From Lingula anatina (lineage: Eukaryota > Animalia > Brachiopoda): DNA of 64,000 nucleotides. The stretch's first letter is position 1. Every line of letters starts with the position of its first letter. This document shows positions 53,593 through 64,000 of this stretch, in pieces. Location of the stretch: NCBI GenBank assembly GCA_051362555.1, contig CM120648.1, positions 2,271,721 to 2,335,720 on the forward strand, given 5' to 3'. The notes under the pieces are model-generated. The model had not been told where the DNA came from and searched no databases. It saw only the letters and a program-made list of their open reading frames with translations. Position numbers and translations under genes: made by a program.

Positions 53593-53766
53593 GGCCTCAT
53601 TCAGAAAAGGGAACTATAACTAGTCCTAGGGCCAAATATGGCCGACCCACTTGAATACTTCCCCTCGGGTTATCTATTCAGTGTTTATTAGCAGATTAGA
53701 CAAGTTTTGTAGTGTGTAGCCATATTTGACCCTCGGATGAGTAAGTCCCCTCTTGTGAATGGGGCC
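53593..53766. mobile_element. Harbinger-type MITE
   Basis: Imperfect TIR GGCCYCATTCA.AA.AGGG; TCA TSD; degenerate relatives near 45500, 48020-48170 and 55290-55340. Confidence 0.6.
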
Positions 53767-54809
53767 TCAGAGGTCACTGGGAGCTTACTGTACCTCTCTA
53801 TCCCCATGTCTCTCCCATTACAAGTATCACCCTGAGCTTCTGAGTTTCACTGGGCACTGGCCTCTGCCACCACTTTGCCAGAGAGTGTTCCTCCAGGGCA
53901 TATAGAGACATGGGCCATGTTTGATGTCATGCTGGCACATGTATAAGTTTGATGTTTGGCAAGAGGAGATCTGAGAAGAGACAGCTTGGCTTCAATTTCT
54001 TGTTTCATGAGAGGCTAAAATTGATAAATTATCATGAAATTATGTGTTTCTCATTATGTGGCCTTAAATGGTCTGATTAAAATCATCAATTTCAGATCAA
54101 AATTGAGCTAACATGGTCTTTAGACCATTATTGGACTGATTTCCAATTAATTTGTTAAATAATATTTATGCATTTTGAGCAGAGGTGTCCTCCATTGTGA
54201 TGGGAGGAAATTGCTTGACCACTTAAACTAGACGTTAGATCAGTCTTGATGTTAAAAGGGGTCCATTTTAAGACCATTTCTATAATTGATTGAGAATATG
54301 TAAGGTCATTTGTGATCTGAAATAGCTGATTAAGACCATTTCAGGTGCACTGATGGTGGTAGCAGAAGTACATGTATATATAATGTCAGTAAGAATACAA
54401 TATAATTGAATTGGTTTATTATATACAAAGGAGATAATTATTTTTTAATCTAGGCTGAGTTTTTCACTCAGCTTTGCTTCATCACCAAGCGTATGACAAA
54501 CTCATGCACTTGCGCACACATAGTAATTACACACGTACACACACACATACATGCACGTACACACACATACACACACAGAAGAACACAGTGACACATACAA
54601 CTGACACACACACAAACACACACACACACACACACACACACGAAAAGGCATACACATACATAACACATGTACAGATATTTACATATATATATATATATAC
54701 TAGACTAAGTATATATATAATAGTACACAGACACACATACACTCATATCTACATGCTTACACCTGATGTTTTTCCTCAACCTTTGGCCATTCATCTCAGC
54801 ACAAGTATT

Positions 54810-54935
54810 CTGATGTATAGTACAGATGATCTGCTATGTATTCTGGCATACAGTCAGCATATAGTACAGATGATCTGCTGTGTATTCTGGCATACATTCA
54901 GCATATAGTACAGATGATATGGTGTGTATTCTGGT
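54810..54935. repeat. ~44-bp tandem repeat (about 3 units) after a CA-rich microsatellite
   Basis: tagtacagatgatctgct.tgtattctggcataca is repeated. Confidence 0.75.
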
Positions 54936-57900
54936 TTATGAGCACTCAAGCATACCTAAATGCTGTGCATGTAAATATTAGAAAGGTTTATGCATGAGGG
55001 AATGCAGCTGCTGTGGAAATTATGTTACCAGATGTCCAGAAAGACTGTAAGATGAGCCATGGAAAAACACCAGATATCTCCTAGCGTCCATGCAGTGGCC
55101 AGGATAATAAAACATTGGATTTTTAAATACAATAATATTAAAATATTATAGGGCCATTCCGTGGTATTTGGTCTGCAGACCTTAAAATGTCAAAAAAGAC
55201 TCCTACTTACAAAACTTAAAATTTCTGAAACCAGGCGGGAAGACCATTAAAGGATAGGGCGGTCTTGCTTTCATGAAGATCCTCCATATTTGATCCACAA
55301 ATCAGTAGATCCTAAGGATCATCTTTTCTGAATAGGGCCTTAGATAATTCATTTATAGGCATATTTTATGGAAAACAAGTTTATATATGGAGAAACAGGT
55401 TTTTCATTGTCTCTGGTAATATGGTGGTAGAAAAAATAAATAGACTGAACACCTATTTTTTACCCAAGAGTTCCAATCATGAATATGTCCATTCACATTT
55501 GAGATGTGAATTTTCCAATTAAGACTCCTGTTTCACATCTTTCTCTGTGTTTAAATAACATTAGTAATCACTGCACTTCATGCAGTTGTCAACATAATAA
55601 TCAAAATGAAATCACCTCAGCATTATCAGGTATTGAAGTGACAAGTCGGATTTATCACAACAAGCTGTTATCTTTAGTTTCAGTTGAAATGGATCTTTTG
55701 AATAATGCAAAGCTGCACAATCAATTTCCTTGTTTTCTATTTATAAAGTAATGAGAGCTGAAATTTCCACAATAATAAAAATAAAGTTGTGTGGGCTTGG
55801 AGGCAGTAGTATAGAATATACCCGCATGAAGACTGAATACCTGGCTCCATCTGCTGGCAAGGACAGACATGCTTCACAGGATGTCAAAGAAAATCTACTG
55901 GCTTGAAAATTCACCGAGTCTTGCTGACGATATGGTCGAACAATTGGAACAAGAAAAAAATTCTGTCACATGATTGGTCTAAATGTTTGAGCCCAGAAAA
56001 AAATAATTTTCGAAAATAATTTCTTTTGTCGGCTTGATTGCACTGGCTTAAATTGTTTGTCACATTACATATACTGTGATGAAACTGAAGTAAAATGCAT
56101 CAGAACCTGTTTTAAGAGGAATATATGCATTGATGACAAAAAGTATTAATTACTATACTTGAAAGTGAAATGTACTATAACGTACAGTTGTATTGAAAAC
56201 CCCAAATGGAAATTTCTTGTAGGCCATCTTTTAGTGTCATATAGGACCCTATAATAATTGGTCTCAAACCCCATTGATTGGGTACTATAGGAAATATGGA
56301 ATCCTTTAGGACATAACTGATAGTAAATTTTATAGTCCTGTAGAGTCCCACACACTCCTTTAGGACTCCTAAAATGAATTATAGCAAGAGAAGTCCCATC
56401 CTTAACCCAGCTTTCAGCTTGTGATGTAATAATAGTAAGTGCTCACTTGCTTCTTATACAGCAGCAGCCAATTGAGCCATAGGACAAACACCCAAGTCTT
56501 CAAGAGTCATTGGATATTTTAATACTTTCAAATTCAACAGAGCTGCTGTTGCCTTTAACTTTCACTTGCTAGGCTACATGATAGTCCGCTGGATCCAGTC
56601 CACAGCATAATTAAATTCTTTATGTAAAAGTGCATGTACCACTGACAGATAATTGTTCCTATTGGTTCATGAAAAAGAGGGTATTGTCTGTGTGAATTAA
56701 TATTGACAGGAGATGTTCATTTTGGCTGCATTTTGGAAGAAAAAAAAAATGCAGATGTTTTCAATTTGACAATTACTAGGTAGCAACATTGACTTTGCTG
56801 GATTTATACCAAATACCAGTATGGCAGAAATGAGCCATATTTCATTATCATGGTAAACAGAAGCAAATTAACTTTTCATGGAATTTTCAAAAATTGGCAG
56901 AAAAAATTATATTTCCTAGGTAAAGCAGTTAACCCATATTGGAAAACAAAAGGGTAGTTGGAACCCAGTTATAAATCTGAATGTATAAAAATGCGGGATA
57001 TTGAATGGAATATATGGGTTTTCTCTTCAGGTGTGTTCATGAGGTCAAGAAATGCTAAAAGAAGAACCATATCTCTCTCCTACAGGGGTCCAGCCCCGCT
57101 CCCCCCCCTTCCTACCCCCTTCCCTCTCCACACCCCCCCTCCCCTTGAGGCTGGCTAGTCTGATTGGAAGAATAAATCTTCGAAAAAATTCCAATCGTGG
57201 TTAGTGCGTTATCAGACACACGTTCTTTCATGTGTGATCTGCGTTCTAATCACCAAGCCAATAAGTTTGGAGGCGCAGAGATAAAGAACAGTTTCATTTT
57301 TGAAGCAGATGGGGGGGATGAAGAGATTGCGATTCTCTCACTGACCTCTAATTATCACGCACTATTCCTGAGAGGATACTGCAATGAGAGAACAGATCCT
57401 TGGAAATACACAGTATGAATGGCAAGCCATTTATCCTGCATTCATAGCTGGATATTTTTACTCTGATAATATTCTGTGAGCATTCATCCAACTGCTTCCT
57501 TTTAATTAGCCACTCTGTGCATGCTGGGAGAAAAACCAAGAGTCCGCGTAATTTTTCTGAATGCACAGGAATCTGGCTGTACAGTCTTGCAATGCTGTGA
57601 ACAAGGCGGCATCACAAGAACGGTGCTGGAAATTTTTTTTTGCAGTGTTTGGTTATCAAATGAAAGCAGTGTTTAAAGCAGAGAGGGAAGCCGTTTCCAG
57701 TCGACAGATTTTCAATTGAAGCTTAGTTATTGCATGAATTCTGGTACCTTGCTTCAAGTGGCGTTGCGTGTGTGACTGAGATCTAAATGAATGAAGCGTC
57801 ACCCATGGCGACGGACCGGGAAACACTAGTTGAGGTAAATTACAAAATGACTGATCACAGTGCAGTATTACAATTGTATTCGTTTTCATTGCCTTTGATG

Positions 57901-58449
57901 TCATTCAACAGATCCTATGTGTTAAGGACTGTGCATTAGATCTTGCATAGATAGCATGAAGGTCCCATATGTTGTGTTTTTTTTTCAGACATTTTGCCAA
58001 AAGACTAACTAAGTCAATTATATGATGTTGTTTTACTGCTATTATGCATACCTTTCGTTGTTAATTATTTTTCCCTCAATTCCATAGTAACATACATATC
58101 CATATAACTAAGCCTCTAATTTTACCATGTAATAATTCAGGAAACTAAGCTATTTATTTCTCCGTCTGATTATCCCATTTGGGGTTGAAGACAGATGAGA
58201 ACAGATTGCATGCTTTAGTATCAAAGCTGTATTTCCTATAAATTATTTAAAAAAAAAGCCGAGGATTGTTGCACAAAGCACCGATATTGCCGCTGCAGGT
58301 CTAGCATGCAGCGCAGTTATTGATGTCATTTGTGGAGAAGAAATTAATCTTCATCAGTGCTGGGAAAATTAGAGAAGCTTTTCCAATTGTAAGTGTGGGC
58401 TGGAGACAGCGGTGAAGATGATGCTGGTAGGATATCGAGATAGAGAGAA

Positions 58450-58452
58450 ACT

Positions 58453-58491
<39 letters not shown>

Positions 58492-58612
58492 GTGGCTTTG
58501 TGTATGTAAGAGAGAGAGAGAGAGAGAGGGAGGAGAGTGAGCAACATAAGAGAGAGAAAGAGACAGGATAGCAAAGGGAAAAGGAGAGAGTGGGTGACTG
58601 TGTATGTGTGTT

Positions 58613-58648
<36 letters not shown>

Positions 58649-58742
58649 GGAAGAGTGAACAACATGGAGAAAGAGACAGGGTAGCAAAGGGAAAAAGAGA
58701 GAGGGAGCAACTCTGAGTGTGTGTGAGTGGGTTTGTGTTTAT

Positions 58743-58780
<38 letters not shown>
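58450..58780. repeat. Compound (GT)n/(GA)n microsatellite with a ~120-bp duplicated unit
   Basis: Directly visible in the sequence. Confidence 0.85.
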
Positions 58781-60855
58781 AAATATATGGACATATTGCC
58801 AGCTCATAATTTTATACTAAACAAAAGGGAATTGCTGTTTTGGAAGCATTGTCTGTGGAATTCTTTTTCAGACACTGTATCTAGCTAGCAGAATACCAAT
58901 TTGATGAGTTTTGAAGTGCTGAGTTCAGGGTCTTTGACCTTTCCAGGAAATTTGCTAACTAACTAAAAAAAAATATGCAAGTTAAAATGTCAAGGGAACA
59001 GATATGTTATGTTCAAACATGGCCTTTTTGTGCACATTTATTGATTGGAAAGAACTGCCTTTTGATGAAAAAGAGCATACTCTGTGCTTTTATTTTAGAT
59101 AAATGATAATAATGATATAGACCGTTCCTACCTTTACTTTTTAATGTTCTTGGATAACGCGATGTAATTTGATAAAATAGTACGAACTAAAAATGAGGTG
59201 ATCTTTACATGCTGGTATGAATACAATAATAACTAAGTAAGGACAATAAAAATAATTATGAATAATGATAAATAATAGTGTGAATCCCACATCATGTAGT
59301 GATGACTTGCTGCATTTTTTATGACCTGTTTGAATTTTAACAATACGTAAATATTTTGCCCAGCTACAACATAATAAGAAAGAGAATTGTTATACGTATC
59401 ATTTACCAGAGCTGGAGCCAAATAAGGAAAAGAAAAAATCAAAACATGATGGAATACAATAAAAACCCACAGCAGTTATAGATAGAGTTATAAAAATGGC
59501 ATATATTTTCTTAATAAATCATCACTGACTCCCAAAGTAGATATAATTTAAGGAAGAGATAAAATGAATATCTCTATAAGTATATAATATGCCTTAATTT
59601 CTTTATTGTGAAGATATTAATAGTCCTTACCCCTTCCGGGATGACCAATACTCTAGTAACTACTCTCTGGCAATACTGGTAGGAAGTCTTCCAGTATCCT
59701 GCTTATAATGAGCAACAGTAGTTATAAACCATATAATTGGCTACAGGGAGTTAATGTCATCTCTTATTACACCTGTGACAATAATGTCTGCTGGAAGAAA
59801 GGTTGTCACTTTTGTCATTTCTGTGGCATATGGTCAGATGATATTTCCCTAATTGGTTTCCACATATGAGTGGCAGATTTCCTTAGAGAAATGTCTCATG
59901 ACGACATCGCTCTGCAAGATCTGGTGAAAAAAATCAGTATAATTTAAAAATTAAAGGTTCAAAAAAAAAAAAAAAAAAAAAAACAGCCACAAAATATGTT
60001 TCCTAAGTCACTATTTAAGCTAGAATGTTTGTGAACATCTGTGATCTTATAGTTTAGCACATCTTGAATTTTTGACCTGCAATTAAATGATTGGTTTTAA
60101 TTTGTGTTTCCTTTGTACTATTAACTCTTGAAGAGAGGAAATCATTACTTAGGAATAGCTCGAAGATGTGCCCTGTCTTGACATTTCCAGGTACTCAGAT
60201 CAACAGGCTGATCACTTGTTATCCCATTTCCACTTTACTTAGACTGGCTGAACTTAATACTTGGTTTATCAGTGAAGGTTAAAAAAAAAACCCTCTAGTT
60301 TGGTGCGAATATTAGAGGGTTAAATGGTCCAAATTAGAAAAATAATAATAGTAATAGATAAGTGCAGTTGAACCCAAATTATAGAAATGTTCTGTGAATT
60401 TGAACAGCTTGAATAATTCGAATGATCTTAAAATTGGCCCTCTGGAGTGTTTTTTAGGTGCATGAATTTCGCTCAGTAACTGAATACTATTAAGCCATTT
60501 TGCATGATGTTGATTAGTAGGACATAGTGTGAAGCAGTTATTCTGGTCGTTACATATGTAGTGAATTACTGCTCATTATCACCAGGAAAAACATGGTGGT
60601 CCCATCATCATCAGCAGAACTAACAGGTTGATGAATTGAGTTATTTTCCACAATCTAGTGCACTTTTAACCTTAACCAGTGCTGGCTACTCAGGTTAGAG
60701 ACAACTCAAGTGTTTATTAGGTGGATTAGACATTTTACTTGTAAATAAAATTGGATTTTACAAAATTACTAGTTCAGAATCTATTAGACTGTTGGAAATT
60801 TTAGGGATTGGTAGAGATTATTTTTCTATTACATTTTTTTCTATAGATCTCTTAT

Positions 60856-60932
<77 letters not shown>

Positions 60933-61269
60933 CGTGCCACTTGGATTACTTGTCAAAAAGACAGCATCAGTATTATCATAATGTATAAAGATATATAAAG
61001 ATTACCAGTTGATAGACACTGAAAGTCCTGAGGTAGATTCAGTAATTATCAGTGTAAAAGTGGTATGTACAGTTAGTGGCGATGGGTGCACTAATCTTTC
61101 CAGGTCACTTCATCTCCACAGGTCTTGTATGTGGGCAAACAGGTTCACTACTGTTACAAAGGATGTATCCCTCAGGAAAGGGATGGAAATTTATTGTTCT
61201 GCCTTTTCAGGTGTCAAAGTTACAAGAAAAATGCATAAGGTTATTTTTAAAACATTTTTTCCGCTAGCT

Positions 61270-62355
61270 ATAGTGAATCCATTTTGTATGGCAAACTATA
61301 TAGTCCAGGAAATTGGTGAAAAATTGTGCATTTTTTACCTACAAGTATGAAATTTGGCACACTTATGGACAATAAAATTCTAAGCAAATTTGGATATATG
61401 GGCATGTCTGAAAATTCCAAAATGGCCGTCAAATCCAATATGGCCACCAAAATACCTTTTCAAATTAAAACTTCCAGTACATAGTCTTCTAATGACTTAA
61501 AATATCATATAAAGGTTAGAAAACACCATGGTATGAATCCTTCAGGTGTATTAAATCCAAAATGGCTGCCAAAAGTAAAAAAAGCAGACCATTTATTCAA
61601 GATATCCATTTGAATGGGGAATTCATCAAGCACTTAAAACTACAAGCATAAAATTTGGCAGGTTTGTGGAAAATGAAATTCTGAGCAAGTTTGGATGTAT
61701 GGGCATATCCGAAAATTTAAAAATGGCCTTCAAATCCAAGATGGCCTCCAAAAATACGGCTTCTAATTAAAACTTCAAGTATATAGTCTTTTAAGGGCGT
61801 AAATATCATACAAAGGTTAAAAAACACCACGGTATGAATTCAGAATTAATATTTGCTTTTTTAGGTGTATTAAATCCAAAATGGCCGCCAATAGTAAAAA
61901 GCACTCTACTAATCCAAGATATCCAGCAGAGTGGTTAATTCATCAAAAACTACAAGCATGGCATTTGGTACAGTTGTAAAACAGGATTCCAAGCACTTTT
62001 GGATGTATGAGCATGTCTAAAAATTTCAATATATGGCCCCCAAATCCAATATAGCCGACACAAATACCCGTTCAAATTAAAACTTCAAGTATATATAATC
62101 CTATAATAACTTAAGATAACATTTTATGGTTAGACAAGACTATGGTATGCATGAAGTATCAATATTTGATTCTTTAAGTGTATAGAAATGGCCTCCAAAA
62201 ATAAGAAAAACAGGCCACTCACAGCAGCAGTATGGTGAATTCATCATGCACTTAAAACTACAAGCATGAAAATTGGCTCAATTGTCCAGAACAGGATTCT
62301 AAGCAATTTGTTATATAGGGACATGTCTGAATATTCTAATATGGCCACTAAAACC
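61270..62355. repeat. ~300-310-bp tandem repeat (4 units), probably the subterminal array of an Academ-like element
   Basis: ctacaag(c/t)atg..atttggc... starts at ~61339, 61640, 61950 and 62258; aa.atggcc motifs; the left end resembles the reverse complement of 52150-52205. Confidence 0.7.
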
Positions 62356-64000
62356 CTTTTAAAGTAAAAAAGACTACTATATAATCTGACTGACAACAGT
62401 CTTTACTCTTTTTTGGTTTTTCGCTCCTTTAGTTACATTTAGACCCAAATGACCATAAAAAATGGAACAGGACTCCTTTTGGTCTAGTTGTGACACCACA
62501 TGTAGCAATTCTATAAATGTCAAGGATACGAAAATGTCAAGGTATTTTCACAAATAAGTTTCAAATTAACGAAAGTTATTTTATCAAGTAAGTGTTGCAC
62601 ATTATGGGCGGTCAACCTTTAACTTTAGTAAATGGACAATATCTCAACAGAGGATAACAACTACCTACACCGAAATTTCTACTTATTTGGTTAAATAATT
62701 TTCATTCATTAATGTGTGCCTAGCTTTACTAGTAGTTGTGTTTCCCTCAGCTTTCCCAGTATTTCCTAAAAGCTAAAGCTTCTACATGTAATCAACTTTC
62801 CCCAACAAAATACCGAGAGGCATTGGTCGTTTTTAACACCAGAAAGCATCAGTTTACATGCATGAGGGTCCATAGGAACATAAATGAGTGGAAGGGCATA
62901 TTAGTAGATGTAGGTTACTAGTGTGAACCCTAGCCTAGCATTGTCTTCCAATGCTTCTGACTCCCCTCACCACAGTTAGCAACTGCACACATAACTACAA
63001 ACAGATGTGGTAGGAGCTACCTGGTAGATTTTGTGAAATTAGATAAAATTAGGAGTTAATATCATAATAATCATCATTGTTGTTGTAGTAACGGTATGTG
63101 ATAGGAATATGATAAAATTTTAACTCTGAAAAAAAAAAAAAAAATGTATTTTTTGTTCAAAGGATACATTTATACATACGGATCAAGCATCCAAAATTAA
63201 AATTTGGCATAACTGTATAGATGGCTTAATTGAGTTTAATGAAAAGGATTTTTATATTCCGGGAACTTTTATTGTTCACGTTGATATAATTTTAAAAATA
63301 ATGTACCATTATTTTTTATAAAGAGGGGAAGGCGTGTGGAATCCTGCACTAACTCCACATTGTGTATTCAGAGTTAATCAACGTATTATTATATAATTTG
63401 CATCTGTCCTGCATACATAAATATTATTTTCGGTAGAGGCCCATAGGTAGGCCTATTCCTTAGGCAGATGCATATCACCTGTTAATATTGCACAACAATT
63501 AGTATGTAAATAAGTAGCAGCCACATGTACACGCATGTAAATAAGTAGCAGCCACATGTACACATAGATTCCCTGTAGATAATCTGTATATAACTTGAAG
63601 CTTGTCCATAATAAAGACACTTTTTGATCTGAGACTGAAGATGTGAGGTTGTTCTGTTATGCTTCTCTGTGCACGTAAAGTGAAAGACTGAGTCGAATCT
63701 GGAGTCATGTCGGAGCCCATAGATTAGTTAATTCGTTAATGGAAATTGATACACTGGAATTCAGTACAGTTATAAATTAAAGTTAAAGTCATTTTAGACG
63801 GTTCACAACACTGGGTAAGTGAATTCTCCTCATGGCTTCATTCTGGATTGTCCCACAGAGACAATGATGCCGGAAATCTCATGAATTTTTACCTTTCAAA
63901 GTCCATATTGCACTAATTTCTTGGTGTAATCCTCAGAATACATCGTTTTTTGAAGTTTTGTATGTATTAACTGTCTGGAGGATTTTAATTCTTTTATTTT

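Noticed and set aside
54468-54908. His/Thr- or Cys/Val-rich ORFs (also 58301-58794)
   Set aside because: These are translations of CA/GT/GA microsatellites.
55000-64000. Possible exons of a host gene
   Set aside because: No ORF with recognisable protein features and paired splice sites was found by eye; small exons cannot be excluded.

Overview
AT-rich eukaryotic (animal, probably marine invertebrate) genomic DNA with spliced genes, microsatellites and many transposon insertions. Positions 1-43 kb are a birth-and-death tandem array on the minus strand that alternates two gene families. The first is an IFI44-like P-loop GTPase with a predicted N-myristoylation site: one intact 2-exon gene at 35300-36743, plus a disrupted copy and exon-2 fragments. 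The second is an unrecognised 5-exon family ('family B', 4 copies) encoding a short N-terminus, one transmembrane helix and a cytoplasmic alpha/beta domain whose strand/helix pattern resembles TIR/SEFIR. Two family-B promoters carry adjacent kappaB-like and ISRE-like sites. Copy B3 has two same-phase alternative TM exons, and the copies are mosaics of each other. Insertions include a Tc1 element, a very young non-autonomous LTR element with an extended tRNA-Ala PBS, a long-TIR Academ-like element, Harbinger and hAT MITEs, and LINE, SINE and Penelope fragments. Positions 43-64 kb look like intron or intergenic sequence with no supportable exons. Gene models were spliced by hand and no database search was run.
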